In this document: positions 9,663 to 21,203 of the stretch, piece after piece | Numbering within the stretch: the first letter of the stretch is position 1 | Layout of the letters: each line of letters starts with the position of its first letter | Assembly: GCA_964511015.1 (NCBI GenBank) | Contig: CAZEDX010000007.1 | Location: 11,337-75,336, forward strand | From: an uncultured bacterium | GTDB lineage: Bacteria > Lernaellota > Lernaellaia > Lernaellales > Lernaellaceae | DNA length: 64,000 nt | Direction: 5' to 3' | The notes under the pieces: model-generated | Database searches by the model: none | What the model was told of the DNA's origin: nothing | The model's input: the letters and a program-made list of their open reading frames with translations, nothing else | Made by a program: the position numbers and the translations under genes

Positions 9663-11387
9663 TCATGACTCGAAGTCTTCGTTGAATGCCGCCGGTAGGG
9701 AGGGGTCCTTTCCCGGCGGACGATCGATCGGCAAGGTGATCGTGAACGCGGTGCCGTGCTGTGGTTTGCTGGCGAAATGGATTTCTCCGCCCATCGCTTC
9801 GATCAACATCTTCGACAGCGGCATGCCCAGTCCCAACCCTTCGTGGTGGACATCGATGCGCTCGATCTGCTGGAAGCGGTCGAAGACCTTATGCTTGTCC
9901 TCCGGCCGAATGCCGATGCCCGTGTCGGCCACGATCAAACGGGCACATAGCTGGCCGCCCACCTCGCTCAGGTTCAGACTAACAGTGATACGGCCCCGCT
10001 CGGTGAACTTGATCGCGTTGGAAAGCAGATTGGTCAGGACTTGCACCACCCGGTCGGCGTCGACCAACGCACGGCGCAGGCGCTGGTCGCTGGCGATCTC
10101 GATTTCCAGCTTGAGCCCCTTCTTTTCGACGGCGATTCGGTAGGCCTCTGCATTCTGGCGCACCAGTGCTGCCAAATTGGTGATGCGGTAGTTGAAAAGC
10201 ATGCGGCCGGCCTCCAACCGGGTCATGTCGAGCAATACGTTGATCAACCGGCTGAGCCGCTCCGCCTCGTACCGTACGATCGACAGCAGGTTTTCCCGAT
10301 CCTTCTCGGGCAACTTGAGGTCTTTGCTTAGCAATGCCTCGGCGCTGGCGCTGATGCTGGTCAGCGGCGTTTTCAGCTCATGCGACACCAGGCTGATGAA
10401 ATCGTCCTTGTTCTTGTCCAATTCCCGCAGCTTGTTCAGCGCTTCTTCCAATTCAGCGGTGCGTTCAAGGATGCGCTCTTCCAGGGTGAGATTGAGTTGC
10501 ATGAGTTCGAAATCGGCCTTTTCCAGTGCTTCTTGTTTTTCCGCTAGCTCGCGCCGGGCATTAACCAGTTTGCCGGTCATCTCGGCAAATTGCGAAGTCA
10601 ACAGGCCAACCTCGTCACGGCGGTGGCTGACGAGATCCACCGGTTGTGTGCCATCGAATTTCTCCATCGCCCTGGCAAGATCCTCGAGCGGTCTGCTGAG
10701 CGTGGTGGTCAACCGGCGGCTCATGGCCAAGGCGGCCAGGCTCAATGCCAAAAACAGCGACACCGCAAACAGATCTAGCCGCGAAGCCGTTTGGTCGATT
10801 TTGGCCTGCACATCGTCGGCGAAATCGTTTCGCCACCGAGTCGAAAGGGTGGATTCACCTGGCTCCAGCCCTAGTGATACCACCAACACCAGCACGTCGC
10901 CGCCGGGCGTCAATTCGGCGGTCTGGAATGGAAAGCGGTTTTGGGCCAGAAAATGGGCTACCTGGTCACGGCGTTCGGTTTGGGCTGGCAGCGCGTCCCA
11001 GTCGCCCGGATTCAACAACCGGCCTTCCCGATCAAACAGCAACGCCACCACGGCTTGGTCGGCCAATTTGGTCACGAGTTGCTGGCGAGCAGCCACCGCG
11101 TCCCCTTCGTTTTTGGCCAGCAACTGCTGGTAGTCCGCCACTGCTAGCGCGATGTCATGTGCGAGGTGTTTTTTCAGGTTGGCGTTGACCGTGGCCCGCA
11201 GGAGATCGACCTTGCGTTGGCCGAAGTCGGTCGCGTCTTTGACGATCAGCAGGTCTGTGGCGTCGAGCATCTGGCCGAGTAGATGGTACATCAACGCCAG
11301 CGGCGTCAGGGAGAACAGCAGAATCCACAGTAGGATTCGGTTGCGCAAGCCCAACGCACGATGAAATCTGGCACTCTGGCCCGTCAT
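9663..11387 (-). CDS. Membrane sensor histidine kinase (HAMP-HisKA-HATPase)
   Basis: Two TM segments, HAMP (DEVGLL), H-box SHELKTPL, N-box NLLSNAIKF, DTGIGI, GLGLG. Confidence 0.93.
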   Translation of the reverse strand: MTGQSARFHRALGLRNRILLWILLFSLTPLALMYHLLGQMLDATDLLIVKDATDFGQRKVDLLRATVNANLKKHLAHDIALAVADYQQLLAKNEGDAVAARQQLVTKLADQAVVALLFDREGRLLNPGDWDALPAQTERRDQVAHFLAQNRFPFQTAELTPGGDVLVLVVSLGLEPGESTLSTRWRNDFADDVQAKIDQTASRLDLFAVSLFLALSLAALAMSRRLTTTLSRPLEDLARAMEKFDGTQPVDLVSHRRDEVGLLTSQFAEMTGKLVNARRELAEKQEALEKADFELMQLNLTLEERILERTAELEEALNKLRELDKNKDDFISLVSHELKTPLTSISASAEALLSKDLKLPEKDRENLLSIVRYEAERLSRLINVLLDMTRLEAGRMLFNYRITNLAALVRQNAEAYRIAVEKKGLKLEIEIASDQRLRRALVDADRVVQVLTNLLSNAIKFTERGRITVSLNLSEVGGQLCARLIVADTGIGIRPEDKHKVFDRFQQIERIDVHHEGLGLGMPLSKMLIEAMGGEIHFASKPQHGTAFTITLPIDRPPGKDPSLPAAFNEDFES

Positions 11388-11390
11388 CGG

Positions 11391-12203
11391 CTAAAACGGA
11401 ATCCTTTCGTACGGTTGGGGCACCACGATTTCCACTTCGGGAGCCACGATCCGGACTCGCCGCCCGAACTCGTGCGGGTCGGACCTCGGGATATAGCGCG
11501 TGTCGGGCGCGAGCGGGAGAGAAAAATCCTCGAAGTGGAACGGCACTATTCTCTCCGGTTGCACGCGCCGCAGCAACCGCGGAAGGAAGTCCTCAGTATA
11601 GGTGTATCCGGACACGCACACCCATGCCGAACCAACTCGCCGGAAAGGCAACAAGTTGTCGATCAGATTGGCCGTGCCTTGGTGGTAGATGGTTCGCCCC
11701 CCGGCGGTCACAAACACCAACAGGGGCGGATCGCCGTGCCGGTAGTGCCAGACCCACAGCGGTGGTTTTAGGTCGGGCGAAATCTTTCCGGGAAAGGGCA
11801 CCTGTCCGAACATGACATTGCCGTGGCGCGTCTTGACGGCTTCAACGGTGAACGGACCGACCGATACGGTTTCGCCGCCCGCCAGCACCTGCGCACAACC
11901 GGGCAGGCCGTGCAGGCGCAACAGCGTATCGGTGCTTTCATTGCCCCAGACCGGCACATCCAGGCGACGCGCGATGAACGGCACGTCGACCAAATGGTCG
12001 GAGTGGCTGTGCGTCACGACGACGCCGATGACCCGGCCTTCGATGCCGGTCAGATAGGCGGCCACCCGGTCTTTGTCCGGCTCCAGTGGGCGGGTGAAGG
12101 TGCGCAGTTTGCTGTGGCGCGACAGGTGCGGATCGATCAGCAACACCTGCCCTTGGTGTTCCAGTTCAAGACTCGCTGTCCCGAGCCACTTCGCGGTAGC
12201 CAT
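11391..12203 (-). CDS. MBL-fold metallo-hydrolase
   Basis: WLGTASL...LLIDP...THSHSDH motif, IVPFHFED. Confidence 0.9.
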   Translation of the reverse strand: MATAKWLGTASLELEHQGQVLLIDPHLSRHSKLRTFTRPLEPDKDRVAAYLTGIEGRVIGVVVTHSHSDHLVDVPFIARRLDVPVWGNESTDTLLRLHGLPGCAQVLAGGETVSVGPFTVEAVKTRHGNVMFGQVPFPGKISPDLKPPLWVWHYRHGDPPLLVFVTAGGRTIYHQGTANLIDNLLPFRRVGSAWVCVSGYTYTEDFLPRLLRRVQPERIVPFHFEDFSLPLAPDTRYIPRSDPHEFGRRVRIVAPEVEIVVPQPYERIPF

Positions 12204-12963
12204 CGCGTACCCCCGTCTTCGCCACGTGGTCCAGATACCACTCGGTGTCTTGTAAAATGCCGCGGAGAATGCGGACTTCGCGCTCGTCCGGTTCGGCTCG
12301 CAGATAGATACGGCGTAGCGTGCGCATGATGGCCTCCGGGTTCTGTGGGCTTAAGAAACCCACTTCCAGATACATGCGGCGCATATGCCGGAACATGCGC
12401 TCCATGGTGCCGTGACTGGCCGGGCGGCGCGGGGTCATCGCGGTCGGCGTTTGGATCGCCGCCGCGAACAACTCATAGGTGATCACACACACTGCCTGTG
12501 CCAGGTTGAGGCTGCGATGGGCGGGATCGGTTTCGACCTCGACCACGCGGGCGCACAGATCAAGTTCCTCGTTCGACAGGCCGTCGGCTTCGTTGCCGAA
12601 CACCAGAGCCGCGGTCTTGCCTTCGCCCACTCGTGGCAACAACCATTCCGGTAGTGACTTGCTGGTGCAGAAACGCGGCCGGAACTTGCCGGTGCGCCGC
12701 GAGGTGCCGACGACAAATTCGAAACCGGCCAAGGCGTCGGCCAGTGTGGCATGATGCTCGGCCTGGCGCACGATTTCGTAAGCGTTGGGCGCCATCTGCC
12801 GGCAAAAGTCGGTGTCCACGTTGCACGGTTGTACCAGCAGCATGCGGGACAGACCAAAGTTCTTCATGGCGCGCGCGGCCTGGCCAACGTTGCCGTCGCC
12901 GGCCGGGCGGACAAGCACTACGGCAATCTGGTCCAGGACGGTCGGATGCGCTCGCTGGTTCAT
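12166..12963 (-). CDS. SPOUT RNA methyltransferase, TrmJ/LasT family
   Basis: VVLVRP...GNVGQAARAMKNFG, LVFGNEADGLSNEEL, SLNLAQAV, C-terminal REVRILRGIL; start ATG 12963. Confidence 0.9.
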   Translation of the reverse strand: MNQRAHPTVLDQIAVVLVRPAGDGNVGQAARAMKNFGLSRMLLVQPCNVDTDFCRQMAPNAYEIVRQAEHHATLADALAGFEFVVGTSRRTGKFRPRFCTSKSLPEWLLPRVGEGKTAALVFGNEADGLSNEELDLCARVVEVETDPAHRSLNLAQAVCVITYELFAAAIQTPTAMTPRRPASHGTMERMFRHMRRMYLEVGFLSPQNPEAIMRTLRRIYLRAEPDEREVRILRGILQDTEWYLDHVAKTGVRDGYREVARDSES

Positions 12964-13640
12964 GGTATCACCTGTGTGAAATTGCCGAAGATGGCCGCCG
13001 TATGACGAGGGCCGTCGGCGGCGCCGAGCCAATGGAACCAATCCAGCGGGATTTGGCGTTGGTGTAAACCCGCCTTAACCAGAATAGCCCAACCGCCCAG
13101 ACGGTCCATCTCAGGGTGAAATTGAATACCCCACACCGGTTGTCCACGCATACGAAACGCTTGCACCGGGCATTGGTCGCTTGCCGCCAGAATGACCGCG
13201 TCCGGTGGCAGGTTATGGACCTCATCGAAGTGCGAACAAAAAGCGACTACTTCCGGCGCCAGACCGGCAAACAACGGATCGGCGATGTCGAGGCGGATCT
13301 TGCGCCAACCGAACTCCGGTTCCTTGGCATGGCGCACTCGACCCCGACCCCAGCAGGCTCGGGCCAACAGTTGGTGGCCGAAACAAATGCCTAGCACCGG
13401 CTTGCCGTCATCGATGGCGCGTTGCACGAATTTGATTTCCCGATGAATCCACGGCCACTCATCGAGTACCGAGGCTTCCGAGCCGGTAAGCACCAAGCGG
13501 TCGAATGAATCGGACGGGGGGAGGGGCTGCCGCACCGCGTCCACGACTTGCGGGGTTTCCTCGAACCAACGACGGGTGAGACGACCCTCGCGCATAAACA
13601 CCGGTTGTACGGAGTTGTCGAGGATCAGCGTGCGCAACAA
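12960..13640 (-). CDS. Type 1 glutamine amidotransferase-like protein
   Basis: LGICFGHQ nucleophile motif and QFHPE His-x-Glu; TTG start abutting pyrF stop. Confidence 0.9.
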   Translation of the reverse strand: MLRTLILDNSVQPVFMREGRLTRRWFEETPQVVDAVRQPLPPSDSFDRLVLTGSEASVLDEWPWIHREIKFVQRAIDDGKPVLGICFGHQLLARACWGRGRVRHAKEPEFGWRKIRLDIADPLFAGLAPEVVAFCSHFDEVHNLPPDAVILAASDQCPVQAFRMRGQPVWGIQFHPEMDRLGGWAILVKAGLHQRQIPLDWFHWLGAADGPRHTAAIFGNFTQVIP

Positions 13641-14381
13641 CTAGGCGCCTCCGCTGGCGATCTCCGCCACGATGGCGTCGGCCGCCTCGGCCGGATCGGG
13701 AGCCTGGGTGATCGGCCGGCCGATTACCAGGAAATCAGAACCATTGGCTACCGCGCCGGCCGGTGTGCAAAGGCGTTTCTGGTCGCCGGCATCGCTGCCT
13801 GCGGGACGGATGCCGGGGCTGACCACGAGGAAATCGGCACCGCATTCGCGCTTGATCGCCGCCGCTTCCTGCGCGCTGGCGACCACGCCGTCGACGCCGC
13901 ATTCCTTGGCCAAAACCGCCAGACGGAGCGCCGCTTCTTCCGGCGTGCCGAGGATGCCGACCTCGCGCAGATCCTGCCCGTTCAAGCTGGTCAGCACGGT
14001 CACTGCGACGACCAGCGGCGGCTTCTTGTCGGGCGGAGGCAAGACTTCGTGCGCGGCCTGCACGGCGGCGCGCATCATCTCGCGGCCGCCGGAAGCATGG
14101 ATGTTCAACATCCATACGCCGCTACGGGTGGCGGAACGCACCGCGCCGGCCACCGTGTTCGGTATGTCATGGAACTTCAGGTCGAGGAAGACATTGCAGT
14201 CCTCCAAAACCAGCCGGTCGACAAAACTGCGGCCTTCGCTACGAAAGCCCGCGGTCACGAACAGTTCCTTGCCCACCTTGAAGCCGCCGACGTGACCGTC
14301 GAGCTCGGCGACCAGGCGGAACGCCGCTTCGAAGTCGTTCACGTCTAGCGCAACCAACACCCGGTCAAGCGGTCGCAGCAT
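13641..14381 (-). CDS. pyrF: Orotidine-5'-phosphate decarboxylase
   Basis: [35 protein letters not shown]. Confidence 0.97.
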   Translation of the reverse strand: MLRPLDRVLVALDVNDFEAAFRLVAELDGHVGGFKVGKELFVTAGFRSEGRSFVDRLVLEDCNVFLDLKFHDIPNTVAGAVRSATRSGVWMLNIHASGGREMMRAAVQAAHEVLPPPDKKPPLVVAVTVLTSLNGQDLREVGILGTPEEAALRLAVLAKECGVDGVVASAQEAAAIKRECGADFLVVSPGIRPAGSDAGDQKRLCTPAGAVANGSDFLVIGRPITQAPDPAEAADAIVAEIASGGA

Positions 14382-16095
14382 GACTTTCCTCGCGTATGAT
14401 GGTGCGAATCTTATCGACGATCTCGCTGCGCGGCACCAGCTCGAACTTGGCGACCGACCGGCGTTTGAGTTCCACCGCCTGCTGGTCCAGCGCTTTCTTG
14501 CCCACGGTGATGCGTAGCGGGAAGCCGATCAGATCGGCGTCCTTGAATTTGACGCCCGGCCGTTCGTCGCGGTCGTCCAACACGGTTTCGAAACCCGCCG
14601 CGATCAACTCGTCGTAGAGTTGCTGTGCCGCCTGGTACTCCGGTCCGTCGGTCTTGCCGATGGGCACCACGATCACCTGGTAGGGCGCGAGTGGTAACGG
14701 CCAAATGATGCCGTCGGCATCGTGATTCTGCTCGATCGACGCAGCGGCGGTGCGGCCGATCCCGATACCGTAGCAGCCCATGATCATTTCTTTTTCGACG
14801 CCGTTTTCGTCGAGGAACGTGGCGCGCATGTTCTTGGAGTACTTGGTGCCCAGTTTGAAGATGTGGCCGACCTCGATACCGCGCTGCAGGCAAAGTTTGC
14901 CGGGCGCGCAACGCGGGCAGGGGTCGCCGATTTCCGCCTGCCGGATGTCAGCGAATTGGGTGGGGGTGAAATCGCGGCCCAGGTTAACGCCGGTCACGTG
15001 CACGTCGACCTCGTTGCCGCCGGCGACGAAATTGCCGCGCCCGCGGAGGCTGAAGTCGGCGATCAGCCGTTCAACCTTTAAACCCTGCGGACCGGCGAAA
15101 CCCACTGGTGCGCCGGTGACCTGCTCGATCGTGGCCGGGTCGGCCAGATCTAGCGCATCGGCTTTGAGCAAACGCTGCAACTTGATCGCGTTGACTTCAT
15201 GGTTGCCAGCAACCAGCGCCACCACCGGTTGGCCGTCGGCGACGAATACGAGGGTCTTGATCAGATCGCGCGGCTGCACGCCCAGGAAGTTGGACACTTC
15301 CTCGATCGTGCGCCGGTTCGGCGTCGGCACCCGCTTCATTTCCTGCAGTGGGCCGGCAAACGGCTGTTCGGGCGCGATCGCCACTTCTGCCTTCTCCAGG
15401 TTCGCCGCGTAGCCGCAGTGGTCGCAGTAGATGATGGCGTCTTCGCCGGTTTCCGCCAGCACCATGAACTCGGCGCTGTAGCTGCCGCCGATGTTGCCGC
15501 TGTCGGCCTCGACCTCGCGGAACCGTAAGCCGCACCGCTGGAAGATGCGGTGATACGCCTGACGCATGGCCTCGTAGCTGACGTTGGCACCGGCGTCATC
15601 GATGTCGAAACTATAGGCGTCCTTCATCACGAATTCGCGCGCGCGCATCAGGCCGAAGCGCGGACGCACTTCGTCGCGGAATTTGGTTTGGATCTGGTAC
15701 AGGTTGATCGGCAGTTCGCGATACGAACGCACATCGCGCCGCACCAAGTCGGTGATCACTTCTTCGTGCGTCGGGCCGATGCAGAATTCGCGGTTGTGGC
15801 GGTCGTGCAGGCGGAGCAATTCCGGACCGTAGAATTGCCAGCGGCCCGATTCCTGCCACAACTCGGCCGGTTGCACGGCCGGCAGGAGCACTTCCTGCGC
15901 GCCGGCGCGATTCATCTCTTCGCGCACGATCTGTTCGACCTTGCGCACCGCGCGCAGTCCGAGCGGCAGGTAGTCGTAGATGCCGGCGGCGAGCTTGCGG
16001 ATCATTCCGCCGCGCAGCATGAGTTGATGGCTGAGCGCCTCCGCGTCGGAGGGGACTTCCTTCAGGGTCGGGGCAAACATCTTCGACAGTCGCAA
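14365..16095 (-). CDS. proS: Proline--tRNA ligase (bacterial type with editing insertion)
   Basis: [64 protein letters not shown]. Confidence 0.98.
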   Translation of the reverse strand: MRLSKMFAPTLKEVPSDAEALSHQLMLRGGMIRKLAAGIYDYLPLGLRAVRKVEQIVREEMNRAGAQEVLLPAVQPAELWQESGRWQFYGPELLRLHDRHNREFCIGPTHEEVITDLVRRDVRSYRELPINLYQIQTKFRDEVRPRFGLMRAREFVMKDAYSFDIDDAGANVSYEAMRQAYHRIFQRCGLRFREVEADSGNIGGSYSAEFMVLAETGEDAIIYCDHCGYAANLEKAEVAIAPEQPFAGPLQEMKRVPTPNRRTIEEVSNFLGVQPRDLIKTLVFVADGQPVVALVAGNHEVNAIKLQRLLKADALDLADPATIEQVTGAPVGFAGPQGLKVERLIADFSLRGRGNFVAGGNEVDVHVTGVNLGRDFTPTQFADIRQAEIGDPCPRCAPGKLCLQRGIEVGHIFKLGTKYSKNMRATFLDENGVEKEMIMGCYGIGIGRTAAASIEQNHDADGIIWPLPLAPYQVIVVPIGKTDGPEYQAAQQLYDELIAAGFETVLDDRDERPGVKFKDADLIGFPLRITVGKKALDQQAVELKRRSVAKFELVPRSEIVDKIRTIIREESHAATA

Positions 16096-16105
16096 CTTGC
16101 TCTCC

Positions 16106-17176
16106 TTACCGGTTTCGTTCCCGCTTCAAAAAATCGAGCGCTTCGCGCACGCTCGCCATGATCTGATCGCGGCGCACCTTCTGCCAGAATTCGCCGCCTT
16201 TGTACATCAGGTACCCATCCGGCGCCGCAATGACGCCGACGTCGGCTTGGCGCGCCTCGCCGGGGCCGTTCACGCTGCAGCCCATCACCGCGATGTGCCA
16301 CGATTCCGGGAGGCGACCGAATTCGCGTTCGATCTCGTCGATCACGTCTTCCACCGGTCGTTCCAAACGGCCGCAGTTCGGACAACTGGTGATGTTGATG
16401 CCACGTTCGCGCAGGCCTAGACTTTTTAGAATGTCCCACGCGACCCGCACTTCTTCGAGCGGATCGCCGGTGAGGCTGACGCGGATCGTGTCGCCGATCC
16501 CTTCGTGCAACAGAATGCCCATGCCGACCGCGCTGCGCACGGTGCCCGCGCGGGCCGAGCCCGCCTCGGTCACGCCCAGGTGTAACGGAATGTCCGACCG
16601 CTGGGCGAACAGGCGGTTGGCTTCTACCGTGCGAGACACGTCGGACGCCTTCAGGCTGACTTTAATCTGCCGGAAGCCGAGTTCCTCAAGAATCGCCGCG
16701 TGTTGAAGCGCCGATTCCACCATCGCTTCCGGCGTCGGTGACCCGTACTTGCGCAGCAGCGCCTTTTCCAGGCTGCCGGAATTGACGCCGATGCGGATCG
16801 GCACGCCGCGGTCGGCGCAGGCCTGTACTACCTGTTCGACGCGTTTTCGTTCGCCGATGTTGCCCGGGTTGATGCGCAGCCCGGCCACGCCGGCGGCCAC
16901 GGCCTTGAGCGCCAGGCGGTAGTCGAAATGGATGTCGGCGACCAGCGGCACGCTGGTGCGGGACACAATTTCGGCGAGGGCGTCGGCGGCTGGTTCGTCT
17001 TTGACCGCCGAACGGACGATTTCCGCCCCCGCACCCTGCAACGCGTTGATTTGCGCGATGGTGGCGGCAACATCCCGCGTGTCGGTCTTGGTCATGGACT
17101 GCACCGAAACCGGCGCGCCGCCCCCCACCGGCACCTTGCCGATCATGATGCGTCGGGTCTGCTGGCGAGTGTTCAT
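16106..17176 (-). CDS. ispG: (E)-4-hydroxy-3-methylbut-2-enyl-diphosphate synthase
   Basis: [58 protein letters not shown]. Confidence 0.98.
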   Translation of the reverse strand: MNTRQQTRRIMIGKVPVGGGAPVSVQSMTKTDTRDVAATIAQINALQGAGAEIVRSAVKDEPAADALAEIVSRTSVPLVADIHFDYRLALKAVAAGVAGLRINPGNIGERKRVEQVVQACADRGVPIRIGVNSGSLEKALLRKYGSPTPEAMVESALQHAAILEELGFRQIKVSLKASDVSRTVEANRLFAQRSDIPLHLGVTEAGSARAGTVRSAVGMGILLHEGIGDTIRVSLTGDPLEEVRVAWDILKSLGLRERGINITSCPNCGRLERPVEDVIDEIEREFGRLPESWHIAVMGCSVNGPGEARQADVGVIAAPDGYLMYKGGEFWQKVRRDQIMASVREALDFLKRERNR

Positions 17177-18549
17177 TCGGTCGTTCCCCGCGGCAATTCG
17201 ATGGCCAGTGCTTTGATTTTGCGATGCAGGTTGGAACGTTCCATGTTCACGGCCTCAGCCGCGCGAGAGATGTTCCAACCGGCTTCTTCGAGCTTGCGGA
17301 TCAAAAACGCGCGTTCGAATGCCGCCCGCGCTTCGCGGTAGTCGTTGGTTTCGAACAATCCGGCCCACGGGTCGGTGCGCGGTGGCTCGATGGTCAGCGT
17401 ATTGCGCACATCGATGCCGGTCACTTCGCGGGCGCGGGTCATGATCATCAATCGTTCCACAATGTTCTTCAGTTCGCGCACATTGCCCGGCCAGGAATAC
17501 TGTTGCAACAATTCGATGGCTTCCGCCGTGAATTCCCGCGCGGGGAGGCCGGACCGATCGCTGAACGAACGGCTGAAAAAGGCGATGAAGCCGGGGATGT
17601 CGCCCGCGCGGTCGCGCAACGGGGGCACGAACAGCGGGATGACATTGAGGCGGAAGAAAAGGTCTTCGCGAAAACGATTGGCCGCGATCTCTTCCCGTAG
17701 GTTCTTGTTGGTCGCCGCAATAACGCGCACGTCGGTCGGGATCTGCTCGCTGCCCCCGACCCGCTCGAAACGGTGTTCCTGCAGAATGCGCAGGATCTTG
17801 GCTTGGGTTTTCAGGCTCATGTCGGCGATTTCATCGAGGAAAATGGTGCCGCCATCGGCCAGTTCGAACTTGCCGCGCCGGCGTTCGGTCGCGCCGGTGA
17901 AGGCGCCTTTCTCGTGCCCGAACAATTCCGATTCGATCAGTTCCTCTGGAATCGCCGCGCAGTTGACCTCGATGAACGGCTGGCGGCTGCGGCGGGATCG
18001 CAGGTGTATCTGCCGCGCGACCAGTTCCTTGCCCGTGCCGTTCTCGCCGGTGATCAACACATAACTGTCGGTCGGCGCCGCTAGCGCGATCTGATCGCGC
18101 AACGCCTCGATCAGCGGGTGGCTGCCGATCATGTCGTACTTGTCTTCGATGCCGGCCTGCAGACGAAGGTTTTCCTCGGCCAGCCGGATCAAATCCATCA
18201 CCCGATTAACGGTTAGCACGGTTTCGGACAACGAAAGCGGTTTCTCGATGAAGTCGTAGGCGCCGAGTTTGGTGGCTTTGACCGCGGTTTCGATCGAACC
18301 ATGGCCGCTAATCATTATGACTTGCAGGTCGGGGAATAGTTCTTTTAATTTGGATAGAGTTTCCAGGCCGTCGAGCCCCGGCATCCAGATATCCAGAATG
18401 ACCAGGTCCGGCCGGTCATTTCGCACCGATTCCAGTGCCTGTTCGCCGGTGGAAACCGAATGAACGCGGTAACCCTCATCTTCCAGAATTCCCCCCAACG
18501 TCTGGCGGATATCAGGCTCATCGTCCACAATCAGCACGTAGCGTTTCAT
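17173..18549 (-). CDS. Sigma54-dependent response regulator (NtrX-like REC-AAA+-HTH)
   Basis: REC (IVDDE, LDIWMP), GENGTGKE, ESELFGHEKGAFTGA, WPGNVRELKN, Fis-type HTH. Confidence 0.93.
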   Translation of the reverse strand: MKRYVLIVDDEPDIRQTLGGILEDEGYRVHSVSTGEQALESVRNDRPDLVILDIWMPGLDGLETLSKLKELFPDLQVIMISGHGSIETAVKATKLGAYDFIEKPLSLSETVLTVNRVMDLIRLAEENLRLQAGIEDKYDMIGSHPLIEALRDQIALAAPTDSYVLITGENGTGKELVARQIHLRSRRSRQPFIEVNCAAIPEELIESELFGHEKGAFTGATERRRGKFELADGGTIFLDEIADMSLKTQAKILRILQEHRFERVGGSEQIPTDVRVIAATNKNLREEIAANRFREDLFFRLNVIPLFVPPLRDRAGDIPGFIAFFSRSFSDRSGLPAREFTAEAIELLQQYSWPGNVRELKNIVERLMIMTRAREVTGIDVRNTLTIEPPRTDPWAGLFETNDYREARAAFERAFLIRKLEEAGWNISRAAEAVNMERSNLHRKIKALAIELPRGTTE

Positions 18550-18866
18550 TTTTTCCTCAAACCAGCGTAACAGCAGCGGGCGGATTGTAGCACAAATGCA
18601 ACAGTGGGAAAGAAGGAATGAAGACGCGATGTTGTTTCGGGATCATTCTTCTTTTCTTGACAATCTTCCGTGATATCCGGTATGTTTGAAATAGAGACTC
18701 GAACAGGTAGGAGTATCTCATGAAGTGGCGCCCTTCGCCCAAACCAAGACCGAATCCCCCTTCTCGCTGACCGCGATCGGGTATAGCCGGTCCGATGACC
18801 GGCGGGGGAACGCGCAAAGCAGGCTTGCTCGCCGGGCTAACACTGTAAATTTGTTCTGAGAGCGCA

Positions 18867-19769
18867 ATGAAGCATCCCCCACCGCATCGTGAGCCGAAAG
18901 GCCGTGTTGGTGCGCTGCTTGGCGAACCACGCGAGGTTGAAGCCTACTTGTCTGGCGATGCCGGGCTGCACAACGTCTACGGCTATCAGCGCGCATTCAA
19001 TGTCGAACCGCGGGTAATGGATTTTCTTAACCCGGTTTCCCCTTTCTTTGCCCTCAAGAAATTGTCGAGTCGCCTGTACTTCGACTGCTTCGGCACGGCG
19101 TTATCCACCCTCCCGCGGGAGGCGCGGGTGCTCGATGTCGCCTGCGGTGTCGGGCGCTTTACCTTGCCGTTAGCTCAGCGGTTTGCCCAGGTGACCGCTT
19201 TCGATGCCTGTCCGTCGGCGGTGGATGCCTGCGAGCAACATCTGCGGGAAGCTGGTTTGACCAACGTTGAGCTGGCTTGGGCCGATTTGACTTGGCTCGA
19301 CGATTTGCCGGCCGAGTCCTTCGATCTGCTCTGCGCCATTGAGGTGTTGTGTTACACCGCGGAGGCGCCGGCTGCCGTGCAGCGACTGGCCCGGGTGGCC
19401 AAGCCTGGGGCGTTGTTGTTGGTCGCGGTCGAGGCCCAGCCAGGTGCGCTGTGCGGTCAGGCGATGGAACCGGTGGAGCTAGCGGCCGTATTGAACGGCG
19501 ATCCGCTGTTTCTGCGGCACGACCGTTGGGTTCGCTACTACGATCGCTCGGCGCTGACCGAACTGCTGACCGGCGGCGGCTGGCGCATGGAAGGGTTGAT
19601 CGGATCGCACTATGTGAGTGAGGGACCTTTCTGGCAGGCGATGGACGAGCGACGACTGGAGGATGTCGAATACGTCGAACGCATAATCGAAGTCGAGCGC
19701 TTGTGCCGCGAGCACCCACTGGCGCGTGATCTGGCGCGCGTGCTGTGCGCCACCGCGAGAAAAGGGTAG
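18867..19769 (+). CDS. Class I SAM-dependent methyltransferase
   Basis: VLDVACGVGRF motif I, FDLLCAIEVLCY. Confidence 0.88.
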   Translation: MKHPPPHREPKGRVGALLGEPREVEAYLSGDAGLHNVYGYQRAFNVEPRVMDFLNPVSPFFALKKLSSRLYFDCFGTALSTLPREARVLDVACGVGRFTLPLAQRFAQVTAFDACPSAVDACEQHLREAGLTNVELAWADLTWLDDLPAESFDLLCAIEVLCYTAEAPAAVQRLARVAKPGALLLVAVEAQPGALCGQAMEPVELAAVLNGDPLFLRHDRWVRYYDRSALTELLTGGGWRMEGLIGSHYVSEGPFWQAMDERRLEDVEYVERIIEVERLCREHPLARDLARVLCATARKG

Positions 19770-19772
19770 TTC

Positions 19773-21203
19773 GTGGCGAGAGTTTTTCTGATCAATCCGG
19801 GAATGGATGTGGCCGCCGGCTTCGGTGAATACCAGAAGCTGATGGAACCGATGCCGTGCGTCGGCCTGGCCTACCTGGCTGGCGCCGTCCGCGCGGCCGG
19901 TCATGAAGTGCGTGTGTTGGACAACTTCGTCAACAACCACCCCATCGACCGCGTGGTGGATCTGGTGCGCGAATGGCGCGCTGACGTCGCCGGTTTGTCC
20001 ATGCTGACCCCGACCGCGCGTTCGACCGCGGCGCTGGGCCGGGCGATCCGCGAACGGACCGGCGCGAAGGTCGTCCTCGGCAACCTTCACGCCTCGTTGT
20101 TCCATGAAGAATTGCTCGGTGAAGGCGCGGCCGATGCGGTTGTTCACGGTGAGGGTGAAGTGGTTTTTCCCCGCCTGGTCACCGCTCTGACCGACGGCGG
20201 CGACCCGACGGCCTGGCCGGGTGTCACCGTGCGCAACGGCAGTGGGGTGCGCGGGCAGGTCACGCCGGAGTTGATCGAGAACCTCGACGCGGTGCCGCGG
20301 CCGGCGTGGGATCTTTTCCCCTGGCGGTCCTACACCTTCCTGCCGTTTGTCACGGTGGCCAAACCGTGCCTTTCGTTACTGGGCACGCGTGGCTGTCCGT
20401 TCAATTGCAAGTTCTGTGCGCTCGGCTATCAGGGCAATCGGGTGCGTGTCCGCTCGCCCGAAAACATCACCGACGAAATCGAGTGGCTGGTGCGCGACTA
20501 CGGCATCCGCCACGTTGGTTTCGTTGACCCGATCTTTCCGCTGAGCAAAAAGCACGGACTGGCGACGTGCGCGGCGATACGCGAACGAAACATTCCCGGC
20601 GACTGGTGGTGGACGAGCGAAACGCGCGTGGACGTGGTGGACGAAGAGATCTGCCGTGCGATGAAATCGGCCCGGTGCAAGCGCATCTTGTACGGCGTCG
20701 AGAGTGGAGTCGACGAGCTGTTGGCCGGCGTGGGCAAGAAATTTACCACCGCCGATGTACGCCGAGCCGTGCAGGTGGCGCGTGCTGCCGATCTGGAAAT
20801 CTCGGCGTTTTTCATGCTCGGATTGCCCGGCGAAACCGCGGCGATGACCCGTCGAACCATCGAGTTCGCGCGCGAGCTGGACATCGACTTCGCCAAGTTC
20901 GGCATCACCATTCCGTTGCCGGGGTCCGAACTCTACGACAACCTGGTGCGCGACGGCCGCATCCAGCCCGGCGAGTGGGAAAAGTACACCACGTTCAATC
21001 CCGATCCGGATGCGTTGCCCTACGTGCCGACCGGTTTGACCGGCCGCGAGTTGCAGCGGCTGCATCGCCGCGCGACCTGGCAGTTCTACGTGCGGCCGAA
21101 GATGATCTTCAAACACCTGTTCACGGTGCGGTCGATCGGCTGGAAGCAGCTGTTCAACGGCGCGGCGATTCTGCTGCGTCAGCTATTCCGGGGACGGCTA
21201 TAA
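19773..21203 (+). CDS. Cobalamin-binding radical SAM protein
   Basis: N-terminal B12-binding domain (GLAYLAG, GEGE), RGCPFNCKFC, GVESG, FMLGLPGET. Confidence 0.93.
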   Translation: MARVFLINPGMDVAAGFGEYQKLMEPMPCVGLAYLAGAVRAAGHEVRVLDNFVNNHPIDRVVDLVREWRADVAGLSMLTPTARSTAALGRAIRERTGAKVVLGNLHASLFHEELLGEGAADAVVHGEGEVVFPRLVTALTDGGDPTAWPGVTVRNGSGVRGQVTPELIENLDAVPRPAWDLFPWRSYTFLPFVTVAKPCLSLLGTRGCPFNCKFCALGYQGNRVRVRSPENITDEIEWLVRDYGIRHVGFVDPIFPLSKKHGLATCAAIRERNIPGDWWWTSETRVDVVDEEICRAMKSARCKRILYGVESGVDELLAGVGKKFTTADVRRAVQVARAADLEISAFFMLGLPGETAAMTRRTIEFARELDIDFAKFGITIPLPGSELYDNLVRDGRIQPGEWEKYTTFNPDPDALPYVPTGLTGRELQRLHRRATWQFYVRPKMIFKHLFTVRSIGWKQLFNGAAILLRQLFRGRL